The translations under genes and the position numbers were made by a program. The notes under the pieces are model-generated. The model searched no databases and was not told the DNA's origin. It saw only the letters and a program-made list of their open reading frames with translations. DNA of 62,702 bases, filler included. It is 5 parts of 5 records of this genome, joined end to end, with 100 filler letters (N's around TTAATTAATTAA, not from the genome) between each part and the next. Parts side by side here need not be neighbours in the genome. Positions count along the whole stretch, not along the records: positions 1 to 11,052 come from SRR31156797_10153; positions 11,153 to 16,194 come from SRR31156797_10159; positions 16,295 to 23,487 come from SRR31156797_10164; 2 more parts are not named here. The stretch is one strand, 5' to 3'. Shown piece by piece: positions 10,139 through 19,473 of this stretch; the stretch's first letter is position 1; the number at the start of each line of letters is the position of its first letter.

Positions 10139-11038
10139 ATGAAATATTTAGCCCTAAATATTAAAAGAAGCATTGTATTAGTATTATTCATATTCCATCT
10201 TGTTGTTAGTTTTGCACAAGAATTTCAGAAAGAAAAGTTGGAAGCACTATTTTCAGAGATAGACTTTAATACGGTCTATTACCCTAAAGTAGCTAAACTT
10301 CAATTGGATTCTCTTAAGTCATCGTTTTCTGTTCAACAGATTGAGGAATATAAAGGATATATTCATTTTTTGAACGCCCAGTCATTTTATAATGATTTGG
10401 AAGTAGACTCTTCTCTGCATCATTTAGATAAAGCACTACCTTATTTTACCCAACAAGAAAATAATGTTTGGTTAGCTAAAATCCAGTTTCTTTTAGGAGC
10501 AATTGCTGAAGCGACAGGTTTATATGAACAAGCAAAAATTAATTATTACGAAACTATTAAGTTGGCATCAAATCAACAAGAAGAAGGAGGGTTGTCCTAC
10601 TTAGGAATTGCCAGGTGTAAAAAAGCATTAGATGAAGTTTATTCGGAGGAGCTGGTAAATGGATTAAAATTGCTCGAAGAGGACGAAAGGTTGGAGGTCC
10701 GTCTATATTCAAGATTTACAAATAGTTTGTTTCATTTAACAAAGAAAGAATCGATGATTGAATTGAAGCAAATTGCTGATAAGTATCTTGAATTAAAAAT
10801 GATTAACAGGGTTATAAACACCTATAAAGTTCTAGCAAGTAGTTTTCATGCGCAAAATAAGTATGATTCAGCCCATGTTTATTGTGATAAAGCGATTGAT
10901 ATAAGTGAAAGAAATGATATTGGTAAATTGACTTTGCCTGCTTTGTACCAGTTCAAAGGAATGTTATTTTTTAAACAGGAGAGATTCAATATTGCAGATG
11001 TTTATTTTAGTAAGTCTTTAAGTTCAATAGTCCGTTAA
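10139..11038 (+). CDS. Signal-peptide TPR-repeat protein, probably C-terminally truncated
   Basis: Signal peptide (..VVSFAQ) and TPR-like helices; ends abruptly 14 nt before the contig end. Confidence 0.7.
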   Translation: MKYLALNIKRSIVLVLFIFHLVVSFAQEFQKEKLEALFSEIDFNTVYYPKVAKLQLDSLKSSFSVQQIEEYKGYIHFLNAQSFYNDLEVDSSLHHLDKALPYFTQQENNVWLAKIQFLLGAIAEATGLYEQAKINYYETIKLASNQQEEGGLSYLGIARCKKALDEVYSEELVNGLKLLEEDERLEVRLYSRFTNSLFHLTKKESMIELKQIADKYLELKMINRVINTYKVLASSFHAQNKYDSAHVYCDKAIDISERNDIGKLTLPALYQFKGMLFFKQERFNIADVYFSKSLSSIVR

Positions 11039-11052
11039 GGTACGGTATAAAA

Positions 11053-11152
11053 NNNNNNNNNNNNNNNNNNNNNNNNNNNNNNNNNNNNNNNNNNNNTTAA
11101 TTAATTAANNNNNNNNNNNNNNNNNNNNNNNNNNNNNNNNNNNNNNNNNNNN
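11053..11152. other. Artificial contig linker
   Basis: N44-TTAATTAATTAA-N44, with stops in all six frames. Confidence 0.98.
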
Positions 11153-11926
11153 AATTTCTTTTTTACCAGTAGTAAAACCACCAATTGCTCCACCAAAAGC
11201 TTTTCCCAAGGTTCCGGTTATAATGTCAACTTTTCCTTTTAAGTTATATAACTCTGTTACACCACGTCCCGATTCTCCAACGACTCCTGCTGAGTGACAT
11301 TCATCAACCATAACCATGGCATCATATTTTTCAGCCAGTTCTACTATTTTGTCAACCGGAGCAACATGTCCGTCCATTGAAAATACACCATCGGTTACTA
11401 TGATTCTAAAACGGTGCTTTTGAGCTTCTTTAAGTTGATCTTCCAAATCCTCCATATCAGCAGATTCGTAACGATAACGATGAGCTTTACATAATCTAAC
11501 TCCATCAATTATTGAAGCGTGATTTAGCGTGTCTGAAATAATTGCATCTTCACTTGTGAGTAATGGTTCAAAAACTCCACCGTTTGCATCAAAGCATGCA
11601 GCATAGAGAATAGTGTCTTCTGTTCCAAAATAATCGGCAATTTGCTTCTCCAATTCTTTATGTAAATCTTGCGTTCCACAAATGAAACGAACCGATGACA
11701 TGCCATATCCGTGAGAATCTAATGAATTTTTCGCTGCTTGTATAAGTCGCGGATGATTTGATAATCCTAAGTAATTATTTGCACAAAAATTCAAAACCTC
11801 TTCACCGGTATTTATTACAATATCAGCCTTTTGTGCACTAGTAATAATTCTCTCTTTTTTATAAAGACCCGCATTTTTAATAGCCTCTAATTCCGCTTGC
11901 AAATGCTCTTTTATTTTTCCGTACAT
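11153..11926 (-). CDS. kbl: Glycine C-acetyltransferase (2-amino-3-ketobutyrate CoA ligase), 3'-truncated
   Basis: [42 protein letters not shown] lysine in [10 protein letters not shown]. Confidence 0.93.
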
Positions 11927-11996
11927 TGTACTTAGTGTTTTATTTTATTTAACAGAAGTTTACTCGATAATGTTTGTATTTCTTATCAATTGGCTG

Positions 11997-12004
11997 CAAA
12001 TGTA
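11997..12004 (-). promoter_or_regulatory. Bacteroidota -7 promoter element for kbl
   Basis: TACATTTG on the minus strand, about 70 nt upstream of the kbl start. Confidence 0.55.
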
Positions 12005-12121
12005 GCATAAATTTCAAGGAAAGAAATGGAGAAAAACTATGTTTTTTACCATAGAAAAGTCAAGACATATTATTTTTTAGAAATGTACTAATAATGAAAC
12101 ATTTCTGAAATTGAAATAAAC

Positions 12122-12150
12122 AAAAAAAGCTGCCCAAAGACAGCTTTTTC
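12122..12150 (-). terminator. Terminator after the kbl paralog
   Basis: AAAAAGCTG(c/t)C-caaa-GACAGCTTTTT hairpin with a T-tract on the minus strand. Confidence 0.7.
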
Positions 12151-12167
12151 AATAATTTAAAGAGAAA

Positions 12168-13415
12168 TTAACTTCCGTACATCTCAATAATCTCTTGTTT
12201 TGTTTTACCCAGGATATCGTACTTTTTACCAACCTTAATAAAAGCATCCAAAGCTTTTTCAAGATGATGCATTTCATGTCCGGCTGAAATCTGCGTGCGG
12301 ATTCTCGCTGCTCCTTGAGGAACTACAGGAAAGAAGAACCCAATAGCATAAACTCCTAGATCGAAAAGATCACGTGAAAAATCCTGTGACAATTTCGCAT
12401 TAAATAACATTACAGGAACGATAGGAGTATCCCCATCTTTCAATATAAATCCTGCTTCTGTTAATCCTTTTCGCCAGAATTTGGTGTTCTCTTCCAATTT
12501 ATCTCTACGTTCTGTACTTTGGGAAAGAATATCCAGTACTCTTAATACACCACTGACAACTACAGGAGCGATAGTATTTGAGAATAAATAAGGACGGGCC
12601 TTTTGGCGACACATTTCCACAATTTCTTTTCTACCAGAAACACATCCTCCGGAAGCGCCTCCCAATGCCTTACCAAATGTTGTCGTTATAACATCTACTT
12701 TATCCATAACACCATACTTTTCGTGTGTGCCACGTCCGGTTTTTCCTATAAAACCTGAAGAGTGAGACTCGTCAACAAACAATAGCGCATCATATTTTTC
12801 ACACAGAGCAGCAATTTCATCCATTTTTGCTGTATCTCCATCCATGGAGTAAACACCATCGTTAATTACAATCTTAAGCCTTTTATTAGCATGTAATTGT
12901 AATTTCTTTTCAAGATGATCCATGTTGGAGTGTTTAAATGTATCGTGCTGAGCAGGACATAACCTCATGCCATCAATAATAGATGCATGAACCAATCGGT
13001 CCGAAATCATTACATCATCGCTTGTAAGAATCGCTTCAAAAACACCAGCATTGGCATCCATACATGATGGAAATAAAATGGTATCTTCGGTTCCCAGAAA
13101 CTCAGAAACCTTTCTTTCCAATTCTCTATGAATATCCTGAGTACCACATATGAACCTTACGGATGACATTCCATAACCTCTTGTGTCCAAACCTTCGTGT
13201 GCTGCTTTAATTACTTCAGGATGACTTGATAAACCAAGGTAATTATTTGCACAAACGTTTATTACTTTATTTAACGAAGAGCCTGTTGGGAATTCAACTT
13301 CTATATCCGCAGCTTGTGAAGAATGGATAAACCTTTCTTGTTTAAATAACCCAGCATCCTGAATGGATTTTAACTGGGATTGATATAATTCTTGTACTTT
13401 ATTTGAATATGCCAT
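12168..13415 (-). CDS. Second glycine C-acetyltransferase-like PLP alpha-oxoamine synthase (Kbl paralog)
   Basis: [65 protein letters not shown]. Confidence 0.9.
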   Translation of the reverse strand: MAYSNKVQELYQSQLKSIQDAGLFKQERFIHSSQAADIEVEFPTGSSLNKVINVCANNYLGLSSHPEVIKAAHEGLDTRGYGMSSVRFICGTQDIHRELERKVSEFLGTEDTILFPSCMDANAGVFEAILTSDDVMISDRLVHASIIDGMRLCPAQHDTFKHSNMDHLEKKLQLHANKRLKIVINDGVYSMDGDTAKMDEIAALCEKYDALLFVDESHSSGFIGKTGRGTHEKYGVMDKVDVITTTFGKALGGASGGCVSGRKEIVEMCRQKARPYLFSNTIAPVVVSGVLRVLDILSQSTERRDKLEENTKFWRKGLTEAGFILKDGDTPIVPVMLFNAKLSQDFSRDLFDLGVYAIGFFFPVVPQGAARIRTQISAGHEMHHLEKALDAFIKVGKKYDILGKTKQEIIEMYGS

Positions 13416-13468
13416 TTGATTTTGGGTTTAAATGAATAAAAAAGCCATCAAAATAGATGGCTTATTAT

Positions 13469-13714
13469 TTATAGAAATCGTTTAACTAAAGTTTCAATTT
13501 TATTCACTGTATCGAAAGCCTCAGGAGAAGCATCTGCATCAGGAATAGAAATTTTGTACTTATTTTCAAGAAACCTTTTTAACGAAACCATTGAAAATGA
13601 ATCAACAAGACCTCCAGAGATAAGTGGAGTATCAAACGTTACTTCATCATCTTCTTCATCACAGTATTCTTCAATAACATATTCCAAGATTATGTCTTTC
13701 ATATTTTCTTCCAT
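13469..13714 (-). CDS. Acyl carrier protein
   Basis: 81 aa, very acidic; phosphopantetheine site GLVDSFSMVSL; FDTVNKI C-terminal helix. Confidence 0.88.
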   Translation of the reverse strand: MEENMKDIILEYVIEEYCDEEDDEVTFDTPLISGGLVDSFSMVSLKRFLENKYKISIPDADASPEAFDTVNKIETLVKRFL

Positions 13715-13770
13715 AGTAGTAATATTTATTAGTTAATGATTTATAATTTTCAATATTGGTAATTTACGAA

Positions 13771-15474
13771 TTAATCATCTTCTAAAGTAGAAATATCTCC
13801 AATTTCTTCACCCCATTCTTCAGCATGTAATACACGTCGCATTATTTTCCCGCTTCGTGTTTTTGGTAAAGAATCGCGATATTCAATTTCCTGTGGCATA
13901 GCTAATGGAGATAATTTTTTGCGAATAAAATTCATAATTTTAAGTTCCATATCTTCATCAGCAACATATCCTGGTTTAAGGGTAACGAAAGCCTTTACTA
14001 CCTCCATATTTACATCATCCGGTTTTGCTACAACAGCCGATTCAGCAACTGCTTCATGTTCTAATAAAGCAGATTCTACTTCAAATGGACTAACCAAATG
14101 TCCGCCAGTGTTTATTACATCATCATCACGTCCTATAAACCAGTAGTAACCTTCATTGTCAATATATGCACGGTCTCCTGGAAGATACCAGCCATTCTCG
14201 AATTTTTTATTGTAGGTTTCTTCATTTCCCCAGTATGTCCTCATCATTGCAGGCCAACCAGGTTTAAAACCAATAAGACCGGGTTTTCCTATTTCATTGA
14301 TTGGTTCGTATGTTTTTGTATCCAATATAGTTGCAGTAATACCAGGGAAAGGTTTTCCCATAGATCCCGGCTTTATTTTCATACCAGGGAAGTTTGTAAG
14401 CATCATGGAACCTGTCTCCGTTTGCCAATAAGTATCAAGGAATGGTTTGCCAAATACTTTCTCTGACCATATTACTGCCTCAGCATTTAAAGGCTCTCCA
14501 ACGCTTGCTAAATGGCGTAACGTTGACAAATCAAATTGTTTTATCAAATCCTCACCAGCTTTCATTAAAGAACGGATTGCCGTTGGTGCAGAGTACCACA
14601 TGGTAATTTTTCTCTTTTCTATAAATCGATACCATGATTCTGCCGAGAATCCAGTATCTAAGACACACTGGGTTATCCCCAGGCTCCATGGGCCAATAAT
14701 CCCATAGGATGTTCCCGTAACCCAACCAGGATCGGCTGTACACCAGTAAATATCATCTTCCTGTAAATCAAGAACCCATTTTGTGGTTAAATATTGAGAT
14801 ATTAAAGAATAATGCACATGTTTCACACCTTTAGGCTGACCTGTTGTTCCGGAGGTATAGTGTAAAACAGAGTGGGATTCCGCTTTAGTAGGTGCGATTT
14901 CAAAATTTTCTACTTGCTCTGCCTCATCCATATTAAATGCAATCTCTATTTCTCTAAGTGGCTTACTTCCGTCATAATCAACCAGAATAATATGCTTCAT
15001 ATAGGGCATTTTATCCAGAATTTTCCGCACTTTGGACACATGTTTTCTCTGTGTAATAATTGCAGTTGTTTCTGCATTATCTAAGCGTACATGTAAAGAT
15101 TCATCACCGAAGGCTGAAAATAATGGTTGAGCGACTGCTCCTAATTTTAGAATTCCCAAAAATCCAATATACAATTCAGGAATCTTATCCATGAATAAGC
15201 ATACACGATCTCCGGTTTGTATTCCTAAATCTTTTAAAAATGAAGCAATGGTATTACTTCTTAAACGAACATCATTAAAGGTATACTGTTTCTCTTTCCC
15301 TCCTAATCCTTCCCAAATTAAAGCAGGTTTATTTGCTTTACCTAGATCACAAATTCTATCGGAACAATACCATCCGATATTTATATTGTCACCCTTTTTG
15401 TAATTAAGCTCGTTTTCTGCAATCGACCAGTCGAAATTCTCTAGTCTCTTCTCATAGGATCCAATGTTTGACAT
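13771..15474 (-). CDS. Acetate-CoA ligase-like AMP-forming adenylation enzyme (AcsA type)
   Basis: YTSGTTGQPKG, TADPGWVTG, VGEPLN, YWQTETG, GRDDDVINTGG, LPKTRSGKIMRR. Confidence 0.9.
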   Translation of the reverse strand: MSNIGSYEKRLENFDWSIAENELNYKKGDNINIGWYCSDRICDLGKANKPALIWEGLGGKEKQYTFNDVRLRSNTIASFLKDLGIQTGDRVCLFMDKIPELYIGFLGILKLGAVAQPLFSAFGDESLHVRLDNAETTAIITQRKHVSKVRKILDKMPYMKHIILVDYDGSKPLREIEIAFNMDEAEQVENFEIAPTKAESHSVLHYTSGTTGQPKGVKHVHYSLISQYLTTKWVLDLQEDDIYWCTADPGWVTGTSYGIIGPWSLGITQCVLDTGFSAESWYRFIEKRKITMWYSAPTAIRSLMKAGEDLIKQFDLSTLRHLASVGEPLNAEAVIWSEKVFGKPFLDTYWQTETGSMMLTNFPGMKIKPGSMGKPFPGITATILDTKTYEPINEIGKPGLIGFKPGWPAMMRTYWGNEETYNKKFENGWYLPGDRAYIDNEGYYWFIGRDDDVINTGGHLVSPFEVESALLEHEAVAESAVVAKPDDVNMEVVKAFVTLKPGYVADEDMELKIMNFIRKKLSPLAMPQEIEYRDSLPKTRSGKIMRRVLHAEEWGEEIGDISTLEDD

Positions 15475-15518
15475 AGAAGTTGTTTTTAAAGTTAGATTAT
15501 CTTTTGTTTTGGTCTAGA

Positions 15519-15899
15519 TCATTTGTCGCTATTTAAAATAACAAAGGCGTTAGCAATTTCTTTCGTATGACTCATGGAAAGATGAATTGTACTAACTTCT
15601 AATTTATCAGCAATTTGCTTAGCAATTCCTGTCAGTGATATCTCAGGTTTACCCAGCTCATTATTTTCTATTTCAATGTCTGTGAATTTTATTCCATCTC
15701 TCCAACCAGTGCCCAGGGCTTTCATTAATGCTTCTTTGGCAGCATATCGGGCAGCATAGTTTTCCTCTTTTCTTTTTCGGGGATGGCAATAATTGATTTC
15801 GGTTTCTGTAAACACGCTTTTAATAAACAATGGATCTTTTTCCATAGCTTGTTTTATGCGAGCGACTTCGAAAATATCTGTTCCTATGCCTAGTATCAA
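15519..15899 (-). CDS. acpS: Holo-ACP synthase (AcpS-type phosphopantetheinyl transferase)
   Basis: GIGTDI, ARYAAKEALMKALGTG, GKPEI, LSMSHT; TTG start. Confidence 0.92.
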   Translation of the reverse strand: MILGIGTDIFEVARIKQAMEKDPLFIKSVFTETEINYCHPRKRKEENYAARYAAKEALMKALGTGWRDGIKFTDIEIENNELGKPEISLTGIAKQIADKLEVSTIHLSMSHTKEIANAFVILNSDK

Positions 15900-16194
15900 A
15901 ATCTATAAAATGTTTATTTCCAACAATATAATTGGTAATCGATATTACCAGTTTATGAAGTTAAGGAAATTTTTAAATGACTTTAATCACGAAGGATTAT
16001 GTTTTATAACATAAATATGATGACAGCTATTATGATAATCAGCTTTATTAAGGTAGTTAGTATTTATTTGAAATACGAATACTTATTGGATCGCTATGAA
16101 AAGCTGGGGTATTCTATTTTGATAATAACCATCTCGATTACAATTTTTCGTTTCAGTGATTTAGAACCTTTGTCTCAAGCCGACGGGCTCTTCA

Positions 16195-16294
16195 NNNNNN
16201 NNNNNNNNNNNNNNNNNNNNNNNNNNNNNNNNNNNNNNTTAATTAATTAANNNNNNNNNNNNNNNNNNNNNNNNNNNNNNNNNNNNNNNNNNNN
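16195..16294. other. Artificial contig linker
   Basis: N44-TTAATTAATTAA-N44. Confidence 0.98.
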
Positions 16295-16818
16295 GATACC
16301 AGGAAGCCGCCCTTTTTTTCTGAAAACCTGTATATAATATCAGGAGCGTTATCAACCAGATTACGGTATTTTTCTTCATTTTCCTGTAATTTCTTGTTTC
16401 GGATCTCAAGTTCATGTTTGTATTTCCGCATAGAAAGATGTGTGTTAACACGGAGCAACACTTCACTTTCCCGGATAGGCTTCGTAATATAATCAACTCC
16501 GCCGATGGAAAACCCTTTGAGCTTGTCCTCAATCTCCGCTAAAGCACCTATGAAAATAACTGGAATATCCCGTGTTCGATTATCTGCTTTCAGGCGCCGG
16601 CCAACTTCGAATGCGTCCATGTCGGGCAAAACAACATCCAGAAGAATAATATCCGGGGGGGAACCGAAGACGTCGTCCATTACCGCCTTCCCCCTATTTA
16701 GCGACCTAACTTTATTGCCTTGTTTCTCCAGGATTTGAGACAGCAGGCTGAGATTCTCCTGTTTATTATCAACAATCAATATATTTGATGCTGTCTCCAA
16801 TCCTCTCTGCCCGTTCAT
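16295..16818 (-). CDS. Receiver-domain signalling protein followed by the start of a PAS domain, 3'-truncated
   Basis: ILIVDN, PDIILLDVVLP, DYITKP, then EEKYRNLVDNAPDIIY. Confidence 0.85.
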
Positions 16819-17545
16819 AGACTCTCTCTCCCGATAAGGATTTGGGAATAATTTACCGGATCAAGCCAAGTCGAGTTTTTCCTGGACTTCTCCCAGGCGT
16901 CCGCATTGACTACTCAAACGGATCATTTTTACATTGAATTTTAGTATCCCGAAAAATTCTGTTTGTATTTAGGTTTTCTCAAGTTCTTCTGATAAGTACG
17001 CTATGGATAATCTAATGCACATAGAATCAGGAACGGATGATAATGAAAAATGATCCACGTGTTAAAAGCCTATGTTTAATAAATATCATATTCCTCGGCC
17101 GGCTTCCGTAGAAAACAAGCGCAAGTCAGTTATAAAAGCAGTTAAATTATGGAAATCCAAATCAGATTAGGAGTAAAACAGAGGAAGTCGGGGTTTGACA
17201 GGCGCTCCTTGACTTGTTTATCGCTTATGCAAACATCGAAGCTCTCCCGGGCCGAACCGCTATATGTCGGCTCTCCATGTTTTTCCCCGATTTAGGACGT
17301 CTGTTTGATTTCGTTTGACTGTCGGGAATGAAGTAGATTAGTATAGCGCGGATTAACAAAACACTTGATTTATATCGAGTTTAGCGTAGAATCGCATTTG
17401 AGCTTATTATCACAAGCCTGAGGTAAGCTAAAATGTTTTTAAATGGCAAACGGCATGACCGAGAGGCGGAAATAAAGAGTCTTCCCGGCGTCTGCCGGTA
17501 CATTTAAGATTTATACCTTTAGAAACAGATTCGGAGGGAGAGTAA

Positions 17546-18889
17546 ATGGCATACAGAAACTACGACGGCCGAATTGGCGGACTGAATCACTGGTTGTTCG
17601 CTAATCCTGAGTTCAAACACCTGATTTCCAGGCCTTTCAGAGGGGAAACCTACGACAACGTCATCAATGGTTCCGGCGTGGTTAAGGGCGAACAGAAATA
17701 TCCCAAGGGATATCAGGAAGTCGTTATACCGGAATTGCAGCGGCGCAGTAATTTCTTGAGTGAAATACCGGCGCTGGCAGCTGTCAAACCCGAAGAAAAC
17801 CAAGTTGTCACGGTCCTGGTCGGCGACAAGGACGATCCCGCGGTAGCGGCCTCGCGCAGCTACGTAGGCATGAAGTCCCAGACCACCAAACAGTCGGGAT
17901 TGTCGAGCCTGGTCGCGGAATTTCCATCAACGGTCACCACCCGGGAAATGTATGAAGCTCTCAAGGGGTGGAACGAAGACAATTCGGTCTCGATCCTTAT
18001 GTTCCAGCTTCCCTTCGGCGGCGCTGCCGGCAAGACCATTAACACCACCAACCTATGCAATCGCATCGATATTGCCAAAGACGGCGACGGGCTCAACCAG
18101 ATGACCCTGGGCCTCATGTCCCTGGGCGCTGATCGTTACTATGACTGCTGCACCCCCAGCGGCATGCTCGACCTGGCCAGCGTGTACCTGGTTCGGGAAA
18201 GAGGCGTCAAGCTTCGTCCGGACGGAATCGCCAGCTTCGGCGGCCTGGAAGTACTGGTGGCCGGCAGAAGCGCCATTGTGGGCGAGCCTCTGTTTAACAT
18301 GCTCAAACGTTTTGACGCCACCGTACTCGGACCGTTGCACACCCGCAACGGCACAGGCGGCAAAAACGACAAGGAAACCCAGGTCAGGGTTTACAAGGAA
18401 CTGTCCCAGCGCGCTGACATCGTCTTTGGCTGCATGGGCTTCCATCCGTACAAGATTCATCCCGAAACCGAATATTTCTTCAATGATGAAATGCTCAAGG
18501 AGGGCTGCCTGATTATCGACGCTTCGACTTCTTTCCGTAAAGACGGCAAAAAGCCTTATGGCGACGTCGAACCTACCGCCCGTTCCAAGGCTTCTGCTTT
18601 TACACTGGAAACCGGCGGCGTGGGTCCGGCCACCGTGACCAAACTGGTCTACCAGGGATGGCGCGGCATGCTGTACCAGAACATCGACAAGGTTCGCCAG
18701 GCGCTGGTGGACAACAAGGCCGAAGTGAAAGCCGGCTTCATGAAGCTGCTGGCCGAATACGCGGGCGCGGCCGAAGCCGACACGGACGCCAATGCCGAAG
18801 ATCTGTTCAACAGGGCCATTGATGCGGACAGCCATCCGGTTCACGGCGTGGACGCCCTGGAAGTTCTGTTCCCGGTGCTGATGAAGTAA
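17546..18889 (+). CDS. folD: Divergent methylenetetrahydrofolate dehydrogenase/cyclohydrolase (FolD-like) with terminal extensions
   Basis: VLVGD..ASRSYVGMK (YxxxK), FQLPF, KDGDGLN, CTPSG, GRSAIVGEP, GGVGPATV; SD GGAGGGAG. Confidence 0.75.
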   Translation: MAYRNYDGRIGGLNHWLFANPEFKHLISRPFRGETYDNVINGSGVVKGEQKYPKGYQEVVIPELQRRSNFLSEIPALAAVKPEENQVVTVLVGDKDDPAVAASRSYVGMKSQTTKQSGLSSLVAEFPSTVTTREMYEALKGWNEDNSVSILMFQLPFGGAAGKTINTTNLCNRIDIAKDGDGLNQMTLGLMSLGADRYYDCCTPSGMLDLASVYLVRERGVKLRPDGIASFGGLEVLVAGRSAIVGEPLFNMLKRFDATVLGPLHTRNGTGGKNDKETQVRVYKELSQRADIVFGCMGFHPYKIHPETEYFFNDEMLKEGCLIIDASTSFRKDGKKPYGDVEPTARSKASAFTLETGGVGPATVTKLVYQGWRGMLYQNIDKVRQALVDNKAEVKAGFMKLLAEYAGAAEADTDANAEDLFNRAIDADSHPVHGVDALEVLFPVLMK

Positions 18890-18918
18890 TTCAGATATTC
18901 AATAGTCAGATAAATAAC

Positions 18919-18946
18919 GGGGAGGCGAATTCAGCCTCCCCTTTTT
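18919..18946 (+). terminator. Rho-independent terminator after the folD-like gene
   Basis: GGGGAGGC-gaattca-GCCTCCCC-TTTTT. Confidence 0.85.
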
Positions 18947-19084
18947 AATTTTGGGCTGTCATCGTTAATTCGGTTAGGATTCATAACCGGCCTTTTTCAG
19001 TTAAATTTCAATTTCTTTTTTTCATCAGACAATTCCAACGTGATTCCGACTTTCTCCAGGTCGATCCGGGAATTTTGGAATTTT

Positions 19085-19151
19085 GGGGACACAATACTTA
19101 ATTCATTCGCTGATCACATCTGCGTGACCTGCAATTAGGTATTGTGTCCCC
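19085..19151. repeat. Intergenic 19-bp inverted repeat (REP/MITE-like)
   Basis: GGGGACACAATACTTAATT (19085-19103) ... AATTAGGTATTGTGTCCCC (19133-19151), one mismatch. Confidence 0.75.
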
Positions 19152-19473
19152 CTAATTTCTTTCACAGGAGAAGGCGACGCTTTGGCTGGATTTTTGAGGT
19201 CGGGCAAGGTTCATTCGGCTGACAGGCTGATTATGGATTGACCGGCTGTGTTCAGATGGATTAATATGCCTCTGAATTGGAAAGATATAACATTTTCAAA
19301 GATTTTGGTCAGAAATCACCTTTTATGGATAGATACAAGCCCCCCTGTAAGGATTAAGACCTGTTCAACAGATTAAAATCGGGGACAGAGGGATTGAAAC
19401 ACAGAAACCACGGTGCTTACCGCATAATTCGAGCTAAAGCGTCACTTCTCTTCGATCGGTTCGCCAAGGAGTT

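Noticed and set aside
11097-11108. TTAATTAATTAA repeated four times in the window
   Set aside because: It is a synthetic six-frame-stop linker inside N runs. ORFs ending in X..LIN are artefacts.
12168-13415. Calling the paralog serine palmitoyltransferase or BioF
   Set aside because: The motifs ([25 protein letters not shown]) are Kbl-type, and the partner ligase is acetate-type rather than long-chain.
15999-16250. 83-aa hydrophobic ORF upstream of acpS
   Set aside because: AT-rich, runs into the linker and has no motif; cannot be supported. The last ~30 nt could be an IS end but are too short to call.
17180-17500. ZTP/THF/c-di-GMP riboswitch upstream of folD
   Set aside because: Only fragments resemble the consensus (TGACAGGCG, GGCAAAC); the required downstream elements are missing.
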